Assembly (NCBI RefSeq): GCF_006345805.1
Contig: NC_043008.1
Location: 372,001-436,000, forward strand
DNA length: 64,000 nt
Source: Octopus sinensis
Lineage: Eukaryota
Reading direction: 5' to 3'
How positions within the stretch are numbered: position 1 is the stretch's first letter; each line of letters begins with the position of its first letter. A program made the position numbers and the translations under genes. Shown here piece after piece: positions 39,502-52,489 of the stretch. The notes under the pieces were generated by a model. It was not told where the DNA came from. It worked only from the letters and a program-made list of their open reading frames with translations, and made no database searches.

Positions 39502-39844
39502 GATATAGCATGCCCAGCTGACAATAAGGTATGAGATAAGGAAGAAAGAAAAGTCGAGAGATGTGACAGGTTAGCTTGGGAAGTTGTGGTCGATGAAAAA
39601 AGTAGCAGTAGTACCAATAATTGTCGAAACCCTGAGAACAGTGAGCAAATATCTCGAGAAGTACATGGAACAAATAGGGGCTGCAATAAGGGTGGAACAC
39701 TTGCAGAAAACAGCACTGCTTGGAACCGCTCGAATACTCCGGAAGGTGCTCGAAAAATAAGAGGTGTTACCTTAAAGCTCACTAGTAGTGAACAGCTAAC
39801 ACCGTAGTACATCTCCAGCGTTAGAAGCTGTGAAAAGCCAATAT

Positions 39845-39847
<3 letters not shown>
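39502..39847 (+). mobile_element. R4/Dong-type LINE 3' end, family 1, in (TAA)n
   Basis: Translates DIACPADNKV*DKEERKV...VAVVPII...LQKTALLGTARILRKVLEK* (with frameshift), then UTR and (TAA)n. Confidence 0.82.
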
Positions 39848-39885
<38 letters not shown>

Positions 39886-39887
<2 letters not shown>

Positions 39888-40325
39888 GGATATGCCAATA
39901 CACACAGAGAAATTAAGGCCAATAGGCCAGATATAGTTGTAAGGCATCATGAAGGGAAAAATGCTTTCTAATTAATGTCTCAATACCAGCAGATGACAAC
40001 GTGTCTCTAAAAGAAATGGAGAAACTTTCAAAATACAAAGACCTGGAAATAGAGGTAACTCAAATGTGGAATCTAAAAACAGAAACAATCCCTATCATAG
40101 GTATGATAAAAAAATATTCAGACAAATACGTAACAAAAACACCAGGACTTACAAACACATATAACATACAGAAAATTGCACTACTAGGCACTGCACACAT
40201 CCTACGCTGAACACTTCCATACAATAACCATCAGAGCATCACACAAATCACAGCACATACCTAAGGCACACAGAGCTGCGTTCGGTAGTGAAGTGAAAGC
40301 ACGCTATAAAAATAAAATTACTGTA
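39886..40325 (+). mobile_element. R4/Dong-type LINE 3' end, family 2, in (TAA)n
   Basis: WDMPIHT..IKANRPDIVV..SIPADDNVSLKEMEKLSKYKDLEIEVTQMW..QKIALLGTAHILR: restriction-like endonuclease PD..D..K motifs. Confidence 0.88.
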
Positions 40326-40360
40326 TAATATAATAATAAAATAATAATAATAATAATAAT

Positions 40361-40702
40361 GATATAGCATGCCCAGCTGACAATAAGGTATGAGATAAGG
40401 AAGAAAGAAAAGTCGAGAGATGTGACAGGTTAGCTTGGGAGTTGTGGTCGATGAAAAAAGTAGCAGTAGTACCAATAATTGTCGAAACCCTGAGAACAGT
40501 GAGCAAATATCTCGAGAAGTACATGGAACAAATAGGGGCTGCAATAAGGGTGGAACACTTGCAGAAAACAGCACTGCTTGGAACCGCTCGAATACTCCGG
40601 AAGGTGCTCGAAAAATAAGAGGTGTTACCTTAAAGCTCACTAGTAGTGAACAGCTAACACCGTAGTACATCTCCAGCGTTAGAAGCTGTGAAAAGCCAAT
40701 AT

Positions 40703-40742
<40 letters not shown>

Positions 40743-41220
40743 TAATAATAATAATAATAATAATAAAATAATAATAATAATGGGATATGCCAATACACAC
40801 AGAGAAATTAAGGCCAATAGGCCAGATATAGTTGTAAGGCATCATGAAGGGAAAAATGCTTTCTAATTAATGTCTCAATACCAGCAGATGACAACGTGTC
40901 TCTAAAAGAAATGGAGAAACTTTCAAAATACAAAGACCTGGAAATAGAGGTAACTCAAATGTGGAATCTAAAAACAGAAACAATCCCTATCATAGGTATG
41001 ATAAAAAAATATTCAGACAAATACGTAACAAAAACACCAGGACTTACAAACACATATAACATACAGAAAATTGCACTACTAGGCACTGCACACATCCTAC
41101 GCTGAACACTTTCCATACAATAACCATCAGAGCATCACAACAAATCACAGCACATACCTAAGGCACACAGAGCTGCGTTCGGTAGTGAAGTGAAAGCACG
41201 CTATAAAAATAAAATTACTG

Positions 41221-41221
<1 letters not shown>
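40361..41221 (+). repeat. Near-identical tandem copy of the family 1 + family 2 LINE pair
   Basis: Matches 39502-40325; only 1-bp indels and TAA-length differences seen. Confidence 0.95.
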
Positions 41222-41277
<56 letters not shown>

Positions 41278-41464
41278 CACAAGTCACAGGACAACTGAAA
41301 ACTGGTGTTTTCGGGGAATTATAAAGGAATGATCCATCCCAGTTGGTATATAATGTTGATAGAATGATTAAAGTGTTGTGCATAGAATTTGAACTCATGA
41401 CTACTGAATATGTAGTCGAATGGTTTATTCACACGGAGGACTCGTCTCTGAAACAGAATTTATA

Positions 41465-41836
41465 TTCTTTTCTACTCTTGGCACAATGCCCGAAATTTGG
41501 GGGGAGGGGCCAGTCGATTAGATCGACCTCAGTACGCAAATGGTACTTAATTTACTGACCCGAAATGATAAAAGGCAAAGTCGACCTCGGCGGAATTTGA
41601 ACTTAGAACGTAAAGAAAGACAAAAATGAGTTTTTCTACTCTAGGTACAAGGCTTGACATTTTGGGGCAGGGGGCCAGTCGATTAGATCGACACCAGTAT
41701 GCAACTGATGTTTAATTTATCGACCCCGGGAAGATGAAAAGCAAAGTCGTCCTCGACAGAATTTGAACTCAGAACGTAAAGACAGACAACAATACGCTAA
41801 GCATTTCGCTCGGCGTGCTAACGTTTCTGCCAGCTT
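41465..41836 (-). mobile_element. SINE family A dimer with two A2 tails
   Basis: Two TTTCTACTCT..G(G/T)ACAA tails; head ends at about 41836. Confidence 0.85.
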
Positions 41837-42022
41837 GTCAACTCAAAACGGAATTTATATTGAAATGTAACTATGCAAATGTAGAACATATAAATGAAAG
41901 TACACTCCACTTGTAGACTAATGACCGTAACACTAAGTTTCAGTTTGTGTGTCAGTAGGTTTGAGGATGTCAGTTCACTTGAGTGTGTCAGTATCTCGAT
42001 TGTGTGTCTGTAATTTTGGTGT

Positions 42023-44722
42023 GCATCAGTAGGTCTGAGTATCTATCTCAATAGGTTTGAGCGTGTGTCAGTAGCGTTAAGTATGTGTCAGTGGGTCTGA
42101 CTGCATCAGTAGCTTTGTGTATCTCTCTCAATAGGTTTGAGTGTGTGTCAGTAGCGTTAAGTATGTGTCAGTGGGTTTGACTGCATCAGTAGGTTTGTGT
42201 ATCTCTCTCAATCGGTTTGAGTGTGTGTCAGTAGCGTTAAGTATGTGTCAGTGGGTTTGACTGCATCAGTAGGTTTGTGTATCTCTCTCAATAGGTTTGA
42301 GTGTGTGTCAGTAGCGTTAAGTATGTGTCAGTTGGTCTGACTGCATCAGTAGCTTTGTGTATCTCTCTCAATAGGTTTGAGTGTGTGTCAGTAGCGTTAA
42401 GTATGTGTCAGTGGGTTTGACTGCATCAGTAGGTTTGTGTATCTCTCTCAATAGGTTTGAGTGTGTGTCAGTAGCGTTAAGTATGTGTCAGTGGGTCTGA
42501 CTGCATCAGTAGGTTTGTGTATCTCTCTCAATAGGTTTGAGTGTGTGTCAGTAGCGTTAAGTATGTGTCAGTGGGTCTGACTGCATCAGTAGGTTTGTGT
42601 CTCTATCTCAATAGGTTTGAGTGTGTGTCAGTAGCGTTAAGTATGTGTCAGTGGGTCTGACTGCATCAGTAGGTTTGTGTATCTCTCTCAATAGGTTTGA
42701 GTGTGTGTCAGTAGCGTTAAGTATGTGTCAGTGGGTCTGACTGCATCAGTAGGTTTGTGTATCTCTCAATAGTTTGAGTGTATGTCAGTAGCGTTAAGTA
42801 TGTGTCAGTGGGTCTGACTGCATCAGTAGGTTTGTGTATCTCTCTCAATAGGTTTGAGTGTGTGTCAGTAGCGTTAAGTATGTGTCAGTGGGTCTGACTG
42901 CATCAGTAGGTTTGTGTATCTCTCTCAATAGGTTTGAGTGTGTGTCAGTAGCGTTAAGTATGTGTCAGTGGGTCTGACTGCATCAGTAGGTTTGTGTATC
43001 TCTCTCAATAGGTTTGAGTGTGTGTGTCAGTAGCGTTAAGTATGTGTCAGTGGGTCTGACTGCATCAGTAGGTTTGTGTATCTCTCTCAATAGGTTTGAG
43101 TGTGTGTGTCAGTAGCGTTAAGTATGTGTCAGTGGATCTGACTGCATCAGTAGGTTTGTGTCTCTCTCTCAATAGGTTTGAGTGTGTGTGTCAGTAGCGT
43201 TAAGTATGTGTCAGTGGGTCTGACTGCATCAGTAGGTTTGTGTATCTCTCTCAATAGGTTTGAGTATGTGTCAGTAACGTTAAGTATGTGTCAGTGGGTC
43301 TGACTGCATCAGTAGGTTTGTGTCTCTCTCTCAATAGGTTTGAGTGTGTGTGTCAGTAGCGTTAAGTATGTGTCAGTGGGTCTGACTGCATCAGTAGGTT
43401 TGTGTATCTCTCTCAATAGGTTTGAGTGTGTGTGTCAGTAGCGTTAAGTATGTGTCAGTGGGTTTGACTGCATCAGTAGGTTTGTGTATCTCTCAATAGG
43501 TTTGAGTGGTGTCAGTAGCGTTAGCGTTAAGTATGTGTCAGTGGTCTGACTGCATCAGTAGGTTTGTGTATCTCTCTCAATAGGTTTGAGTGTGTGTCAG
43601 TAACGTTAAGTATGTGTCAGTGGGTCTGACTGCATCAGTAGGTTTGTGTCTCTCTCTCAATAGGTTTGAGTGTGTGTGTCAGTAGCGTTAAGTATGTGTC
43701 AGTGGGTCTGACTGCATCAGTAGGTTTGTGTCTCTCTCTCAATAGGTTTGAGTGTGTGTGTCAGTAGCGTTAAGTATGTGTCAGTGGGTCTGACTGCATC
43801 AGTAGGTTTGTGTCTCTCTCTCAATAGGTTTGAGTGTGTGTGTCAGTAGCGTTAAGTATGTGTCAGTGGGTCTGACTGCATCAGTAGGTTTGTGTATCTC
43901 TCTCAATAGGTTTGAGTGTGTCAGTAGCGTTAAGTATGTGTCAGTGGGTCTGACTGCATCAGTAGGTTTGTGTCTCTCTCTCAATAGGTTTGAGTGTGTG
44001 TGTCAGTAGCGTTAAGTATGTGTCAGTGGGTCTGACTGCATCAGTAGGTTTGTGTATCTCTCTCAATAGTTTGAGTGTGTGTGTCAGTAGCGTTAGTATG
44101 TGTCAGTGGGTCTGACTGCATCAGTAGGTTTGTGTATCTCTCTCAATAGGTTTGAGTGTGTCAGTAGCGTTAAGTATGTGTCAGTGGGTCTGACTGCATC
44201 AGTAGGTTTGTGTATCTCTCTCAATAGGTTTGAGTGTGTGTGTCAGTAGCGTTAAGTATGTGTCAGTGGGTCTGACTGCATCAGTAGGTTTGTGTATCTC
44301 TCTCAATAGGTTTGAGTGTGTGTCAGTAGCGTTAAGTATGTGTCAGTGGGTCTGACTGCATCAGTAGGTTTGTGTATCTCTCTCAATAGGTTTGAGTGTG
44401 TCAGTAGCGTTAAGTATGTGTCAGTGGGTCTGACTGCATCAGTAGGTTTGTGTATCTCTCTCAATAGGTTTGAGTGTGTGTCAGTAGCGTTAAGTATGTG
44501 TCAGTGGGTTTGACTGCATCAGTAGGTTTGTGTCTCTCTCTCAATAGGTTTGAGTGTGTGTCAGTAGCGTTAAGTATGTGTCAGTGGGTTTGACTGCATC
44601 AGTAGGTTTGTGTCTCTCTCTCAATAGGTTTGAGTGTGTGTCAGTAGCGTTAAGTATGTGTCAGTGGGTTTGACTGCATCAGTAGGTTTGTGTCTCTCTC
44701 TCAATAGGTTTGACTGTGTGTG
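42023..44722 (+). repeat. 80-bp tandem satellite, about 33-34 units
   Basis: GTAGCGTTAA recurs at 42071, 42151, 42231 and 42311; unit = four ~20-bp TCAGTAGG-like subrepeats. Confidence 0.98.
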
Positions 44723-45473
44723 ACAAAATGTTCTAATGTTTCTGTAGGTTTGAGCGTGTGTATGTTTGTTTTTAGGTTCGATTGTGAGCCAGTAGTATTG
44801 TGTATGTATGTGAAGGTCGTGGAGTGAAGCTGTCTGTAGGTTTGTGCGTCTTGGTAGGTTTGAGTGTGGGTCTGTATGCATGCGTAGATGAAGGTCAGTA
44901 GGTTTGTTGGTAAATCTCAAAGTTAAATGAATTTTTTCGTAGACACACGTAAGAGGTCATTCACTTCAGACAAACTATAACGAATTACGTATTACTTTTT
45001 TGGGGGGTGAGAAAGCTATTCACCAAAATATGTCTGTCTGGTTTCCCCACCCACCCGCTCTCTTTTTCGTTCACATACACACACACACACACTCCACTCA
45101 CACATACATATATGTGCGTATCTGTATATATGTATATATACACACATATGTATACATTTATAGATACATGCAATTGGATACATATTCACACGGATAGTCG
45201 CTTTCGCAGGCATACATACATACACAAACGCATGCACACACACAAACGCATGCACACACACACACATTCACATGTACATACACCAGATACGAGGCATACT
45301 AATTATGCGAGAAACTGATACCATATTCTCCGACCAATACCGATCTCAAAATGCATATGCATGTGTGTATATATGAACACTTACACACACATATATATAC
45401 ACACATATATATATACACACATATATGTATACACTCACATATATACATACATCTATAAATATATGTATATATA

Positions 45474-45530
<57 letters not shown>

Positions 45531-46359
45531 ATATATATAGATATATATATATAAATGTGCATATATATTTACATATAGTATGGTTATGTATATTTATTTA
45601 TATATATTATATTTATATATACTTGTGCGAGTGCGTATGTGTATGTGTGTCTGTGAGTGTGTGTGCTTACCGAAACATATATTTGGTAAATTCCCGTTGA
45701 AGGGGTTATCAAGCTTATGACGTCAGTGATGTGGTTACGCCAAGATAACAGAACAATTTCTCCTGCCTGGAATCTCTATTTTCTCAGACTTGCAGCAATA
45801 GAAAGATTCCGCTAACAGTTAGACAGTTTACGTAAGACGTTTTAGGAAATGTTCTTCGCTATTTCGCATTCCTGTGTTCGAAAGACACAGAATAAAATTT
45901 TGAACATTCTTTTGCAATTTAAAAAAAAAAATGTATTTACGGAGATGTACTTGCATAGCAAGTGACCTGATCTGAGATAGTGTTCTAGAACGAAAACAAT
46001 TGCAGCGTGGAAGGTTTTTATAACCCATTTAAGAAACACATAAAATCCGTTAGATTCACTTCAACATTTAAATTTATTTTGTCAAAATATGTATTTACTT
46101 AAATCATAAGATGAGGGTTTGCGCCAAAGACGTTTGCATGCCTTCTCAGGATTGTGAAGTTGAGGAACCTGTTGTTCATTGTAAGCCCTTCTCAGAATGG
46201 TAAGGTCTCTATGATTGCCTCGCAGACTAAGTTACAACCATCTTTACCATTTTTCTTGTACAAACTTGTGGAATTTTATATTATAAACTGCTTATAGAGT
46301 CGCGGAAACGGCAACAAGCTTTTTACCGTAGCGTATCGGTTATAGTCTTTCGATCATTA

Positions 46360-47300
46360 CTTACGGCAAATTTACATTCTGCGTTCAAATCACACTGAGA
46401 CCGCTTTTGCTTTCTTCTTTCTTGAAGGTTGCAAGATTCTACAATCATTTGCAAACCGTACAAAATGCTTGGCGGCATTTCGCCCGCGTTTACGTTCTGA
46501 GTTCAAATGCCGCCGAGATTGATTTTGCCTTTCGATCATTCAGGGTCGATAAAAGAAGTACCAGTTGAATACTGGGGCTGTTGTAACCGATTTACTCTCC
46601 TCTCAAAAAATTTCAAGCCTTGCACCAATTGTTGAAAGCATTATTTTTTCAAAGTCGATAATAAAATTAAGCTTATATTTAGGACAAAGTTTTGATTAAA
46701 GTGACTCTTTTCAACGAATGCTATAGTAAGGCAAGTGCGATGAATAGGCATTACTGTTAGAGCGTCGAACAAAATGCTTAGCGACGTTTACTTATGGCTT
46801 TTTAGAATCTGAGTTCAAATTTTACCGAAGTCAGCTTAACCTTCCACCCATCCGGGGCTGATAAAGTACTGGGTTAAATTCTGGAGTCGATTTAATTGAC
46901 CAAGCCCTAACTCCAAATTTCTGGAGTTTTACCAATATCAGAAACAACTATTAATGACACTGGATCGGCACGATTGCTAGCGCCTCGGATAAAATGCCTT
47001 GCCGTATTTAAGTACGACTCTTTACTTTCTGAGTTCAAATTCTGCCTTCCCTTTTTGTTTTCTTTTTTTTTCTGTGATCGATAAAATAAGTCAAGTTAAA
47101 TTCTAGAATTGATTTGATCGATTATCTCCAAAATCAAGTTTCTTGCTTTGTCTCAGTATTTCATCAGTCTTTACGTTCTGAGATCAAATTCTGCCGAGGT
47201 CGACTTTGTCTTTGGTCCTTTCGGGATTGATAAAATAAGTACCAGTTGATCACTGAGATCGACGTGGTCGACTTAGTCCCTCCCCCGAATTTGAAAAATT
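46360..47300. mobile_element. Cluster of 4-5 diverged SINE A copies on both strands
   Basis: Repeated TTCTGAGTTCAAAT and GTCGATAAA motifs. Confidence 0.7.
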
Positions 47301-47426
47301 TGAAATCACTTTGATATTTTGTTTCATTGAAAATCTGGAATAAGTATATAAATAAAATGTTTAAGTAAAACAATTCCTCCGCCTTCGTCCCCCCTCTCTG
47401 ACTTTCACTTTCTCTCTCTCTCACTT

Positions 47427-47483
<57 letters not shown>

Positions 47484-48369
47484 GCATTTTCCTGCTCCGT
47501 TCCCACACACCGTCAACGCCCTTCAAATATTTAGCCCACCATCGAGGAATGTTTTGACCTTTCTAACCTTTAACCATTTACCAAAACGGCCTCAGCTTCT
47601 TTGAACTTACGAATCTCATCAGGAACCAAATACCATCACCACCACCACAACAATCACCGCCACCAACACTATCACCATCAGCAGCAATTTCACCAGGGCA
47701 GCTACCATTCCTCCCCCCATCTCGACCACACATACACAGACGCACCCACACCCTTGCACTCGACACTCACACTCCCTCACCACGCAACATCAATTAATAA
47801 CATTTACACTGCTTTTTTTATTTGTTTTGCTTTTGATTCTGTGTGTTTTGTTTTCTTTTTCACATCAGCAGTCTCCCCTCACCATTCCTCACCCTCTGTT
47901 TCGTCGTCGTTTAGACATCGCACTGCTTGTTGCCTTCCTTAGACGTCTACTATAAACTCTACACGCTGTATATATATATATATATATAATTTACAAAATG
48001 AGGGCAGAAGAAAAATTCTAATGCTAAATATGCCGAAAAAAAGACAAAAGTTGTCAAAAACCATTATAATTTATGCGTCTCGAAACAAACCGATAGAAAT
48101 TTCTAAAACATCCGTTATTACCGTATTGGTCCCAATTTCGGGGTTAATTCATAAGAATTTTCCCTTCTTCAGCGATAAATACGTGAGATATAAGTGAAAT
48201 ACTTACTCATACCCATGGAAAAAGCAAGCACTAAGTCCTGAGCAATAATTAGAATTTTTCTTCTGCCTTCATTTTGTAAATTATTTATAAATTTAACCTT
48301 TAAAGGTACTTTTTGATATGCTGGCCATTGCTAAAATTTTTTCCCGAAAAAGTTTTATCCTACATTAAT

Positions 48370-48452
<83 letters not shown>

Positions 48453-48477
48453 GTATATATATATAAAAATTAAATAT

Positions 48478-48690
48478 AAAATATAAATTACAGAGTGGAA
48501 CAAGAACGCAAAAACACACAAAGAGACGACACAAAAAAATAACAGACGGGTCACTCGAAGCCTCTAATCTTCAGTCGGAACCGGATCATCTTAGCAATTT
48601 CGGCCGTTTAATCTCGACATCGCTCCGAACCGGCCAGCCCCAAAGGAAAAACTAAGCCACAGGCATTAGATTTCTTGGAAAGAGGATCGA
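48478..48690 (-). mobile_element. Probable Penelope-like pLTR (same family as 12068-12186)
   Basis: Reverse-complement homology; abuts (TA)n. Confidence 0.55.
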
Positions 48691-49212
48691 ATGTATACGA
48701 AACAAAGACAGGATGCCACACGAATATAAATACAAGAAACAAAAAATAGAAATAAAAAACAAGAATGGTAAGCAGGACAAAAACAGCGGGCGTATTACGA
48801 CTTTAGACAATTTTTAACTTATCTTGGCTGGCGTATTTGAAAATGCCTTTGTGGCAAAACGAAAACAAACGTTAACATGGCAGCGGTCAAGCCGAAAAGA
48901 CCAGTTTGAAGGCGGTCACGTGAGAGCACGGAAGAAAGAGAAAGAAAAAGAAAAGCAGGGAGCAAGGAATCAAAGAGAGAGAGAAAGAAAGGGACGAAGG
49001 CACCAGGGTGGAGAGAGAGAGAAGGAAGGAATCAAAGAGGGGAGAAGAAACAGGATTGGCTTAGCAATAGAAATGACGGTGCAAATAAGAATGAGGGAAG
49101 AATCAGAGGCAAGGAAAGAGAAAGACACAGACTATAGAGAGAGTGTGTGTAAAGACGTCGTACAAGGTAAAATGTGTATACATAGGAGATAGGGGTACGT
49201 TACGCCGCAATA

Positions 49213-49243
<31 letters not shown>

Positions 49244-49381
49244 TAATTTAGGGTATCTGAGCAATACTATCATGCTAGAAATAGCAGTCAAAACTTGACA
49301 CTAAAACCACATCAAATGTTCATACAGCATCAGGAGAGAAGACAAAGGGACAAAATAAACTAGCAAAAAAATTATTGGATA

Positions 49382-49439
49382 ATTCCAGATCCAGGATTTC
49401 TGGCTTGGCATAAGAAATGGTTTGCTTCATCAGTCGAAT
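49382..49439 (-). ncRNA. Decayed type I hammerhead-like motif
   Basis: AUUCGA-CUGAUGA-...-GAAA-UCCUGG-AUC-UGGAAU; stem II poorly formed. Confidence 0.45.
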
Positions 49440-49461
49440 ATACACAAAATAGTACACAAAT

Positions 49462-49532
<71 letters not shown>

Positions 49533-49553
49533 ATATATATATTATATGTATAT

Positions 49554-49609
<56 letters not shown>

Positions 49610-50017
49610 ACATACGTATACTTACATATACGCACGTATGCACATATATGTATGCACACGACCAGTTTAAATTACTAGCCACTTAAGATATGATGGGCAT
49701 TTTTATTAACGATCTTATCCTTATATATATATGTATATATATATAATATATATATATAATATATATATATATGTGTGTGTGTATATATATATATATATGT
49801 ATGTATATATATGTATATATGTATATATATATATATATATGGATACATATGTATATATATGTATATATATGTATATATATGAATATATATATATGTATAT
49901 ATGTATATATATATATATGTCTATGTATATATATGTATATATACATATATATATATATACATATATATATATGTGTGTGTGTGTGTGTGGTGTGTGTGTG
50001 TGTGTGTGTGTATATCA

Positions 50018-50225
50018 GGCAGTGAGCTGGCAGAAACGTTAGCAGGCTGGGCGAAATGCTTAGCGTTATTTCATGTCTTTACGTTCTGGGTTAAAATTCC
50101 GCTGAGGTCGATTTTGCCTTTCATCCTTTCGGGGTCGATAAATTTAGTACCGGTTGTGTACTGAGGTCGATCTAATCGACTGGCCCCTCCCAAAAAATTT
50201 CGGGTCTTGTGTCTAGAGTAGAAAA
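50018..50225 (+). mobile_element. SINE family A monomer (tail A2)
   Basis: Complete head, body and CTAATCGACTGGCCCCTCC..CTAGAGTAGAAAA tail. Confidence 0.9.
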
Positions 50226-50909
50226 GTACCTCTATATATATGGAGAGAGAGAGAGAGAGATAGACGGGGGGAAGAAGAAGTAGAAGAAGAGTCTAGTAAT
50301 AGTTGTAGAGGCAGTCGCCAGCTATTTATGAAAACTGCCCATTAAAATATGGCGTGTTTTGCTCTCATTTACACACCAGAATATTCGTTGGCGACTGGTT
50401 TTAAGTAAATGTACGCCTGTCGCATTATTTACCATTTATCCCCTGAAATGCATCCCCTACATTTCAAGAGGAAATAAACAGCATTTACATGATTAGTATG
50501 CAAAAATACAACAGTACAACATTTATAAAAATTTTGATAGTAAGAAGAAATTCCCCCACGCCACCCATGCCCTCTACACTTTGCCAACAAATCTACTGAT
50601 AGAAATGCAAAATATCCAGGTTATGCAACAGCTACAGATGTTGACACTTCCTGCTTTGTCTTTCCGGTAAATTTGCGATGATCAGCTTATGTATGAAGGA
50701 AAGATTTCTTATAATTTCGCAACGAAAGAAACTGGCTGGGGAAAGAATTTTGTCAATTGGAATTACATAAGTGGTCTGTAACTGGATCAGAAATACGTTA
50801 CTGGTCCATAAATTTATTCATTTCTCCTTTCTTTTTTCTTTTTTTTTAGATTCTGAAGGAAACTCAAAATGCAGAGGAGTGAAACCGAATATATATATAT
50901 ATATATATA

Positions 50910-51290
50910 CAGGGGTGAACAAAATAAAAGAAACACCTTAAAATTCCAAACAAATTTATTTTAATATGGGGTAGAACCGCCTTTGGCAGAAATTACAGCT
51001 TGAATTCTAAGAGGTATGGACTCGTACAAAGTTTGAATTGCTTCCAAAAGAATTTTTGTCCATTCTTCAACTAAAACAGTCTCCAGTTCTTGTAGTGATG
51101 ATGGTGGAGGATATCGACTCCTTACTTGTTTTTCTAAAGTGCACCATAAATGTTCAATAATATTGAGATCTGGGGACTGTGGTAACCAGATAAGTTGTTT
51201 AACTTCACTAGAATGTTCCTTGTGCCATTCAGTAACAACCTTAGCTGTGTAAATTGGTGCATTATCATCCTTAAAAATTGCGTTTCCCTC
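50910..51290 (-). mobile_element. Tc1-like transposon 3' fragment (DD36E spacing) with TIR
   Basis: ORF 50961-51293 FKDDNAP..W..QSPDLNIIEHLW..AKGGSTPY*; 36 residues between D and E; TA|CAGGGGTGAACAAAATAAAAGAAACACC terminus. Confidence 0.9.
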
Positions 51291-51329
51291 CATATGTTTA
51301 TATCTTATATATGTATGTATGCATGTATA

Positions 51330-51470
51330 ATGGTTGATTTACGTCCCCATAACTTATCGGATCACCAAAAGACACCGGCAGACTAAAAGCATTAGTATGG
51401 AAGTCTTTTTGTTTGAATAAATACCTTTAAGGTGGTGCCCCAACTTGACCACTATACAATGACAGAAACA
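51330..51470 (+). mobile_element. SINE family C, 3' half (diverged)
   Basis: TTTACGTCCCCATAACTTA..AAGGTGGTGCCCCA..AATGACAGAAACA. Confidence 0.65.
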
Positions 51471-51542
51471 AACGATATATTACTGAGAAAAACACAAAAA
51501 CGAATACACACACATACATATACACGCACACGTATTTATATA

Positions 51543-51924
51543 CTAGCAGTATCGCCCGGCGTTGCTCAGGTTTGTAAGGGAAATAACTATAAAGCATTTT
51601 TAGAGAGTTATAGCCAAAAAATAGCAAAAAAATGGAAAAAAATGATGGTAAATTTTTTTTTAGTTAAAAAAGGTGGAGTTGCGTCCCCTAGACAGTTTGC
51701 GGTTTGTGTTTCTGATTCTCGACCCCATGTCGAATTTATCGATTTTTTTCAGAACTGGGGGAACTTTTCAAAATTTTCGCTGCGTTAGTTTTGAATTATG
51801 ACATTGGGCTATGTGTGTGTCAAGTTTCATCAGAATCGGTTGCAAGCCGTGGTCAGGGTGAGGGTACAAGCAAACAGACACACAGAAACACGCACAGACA
51901 AACTGCCGTTTATATAGAGAGAGA
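51543..51924 (-). mobile_element. Non-autonomous Helitron
   Basis: Minus strand A|TC start, internal (TG/TCTG) microsatellite, CCTGAGCAACGCCGGG hairpin-like motif just before CTAG|T. Confidence 0.78.
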
Positions 51925-52207
51925 TGTGTATACATACACACCTCACACAGACACACACATATATATATATATGTATGTATATATACATATGCATATATAT
52001 TTATACACATATACATACACACACAAATATATTTATATATACTCACTCATCATACATTAACATATAAACAAAAATGATAGAATAAAGGTTAATAATTCAA
52101 CCCAGACGTCTTTAGTAATGAGAATCGCAACGAGAACGGAAAATTTGTCGCGCACCGAGCACATCCATTTTCCATTTCCTCTTCTGCCTATATATATACA
52201 CACACAC

Positions 52208-52244
<37 letters not shown>

Positions 52245-52245
52245 G

Positions 52246-52279
<34 letters not shown>

Positions 52280-52318
52280 ATATGTGTATATATATGTATA
52301 CATATATGTTTATATATA

Positions 52319-52418
<100 letters not shown>

Positions 52419-52436
52419 TATATATATATATATATA

Positions 52437-52489
<53 letters not shown>

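Noticed and set aside
42023-44722. CRISPR-like regular array
   Set aside because: No unique spacers; it is a homogeneous tandem satellite in eukaryotic DNA with no cas genes.
45788-46199. Two short AG..GT-bounded open segments (45788-45831 and 46150-46199)
   Set aside because: 44 and 50 nt are short enough to arise by chance, and the peptides are unrecognised.
47595-47625. CTGATGA and a strong GTAAGT donor on minus
   Set aside because: No matching GAAA/helix III, and no convincing acceptor or coding frame upstream.
50298-50400. CAGTCGCCAGC/GTTGGCGACTG inverted pair as a pre-miRNA
   Set aside because: Only about 11 bp pair cleanly; the rest does not form a continuous hairpin.
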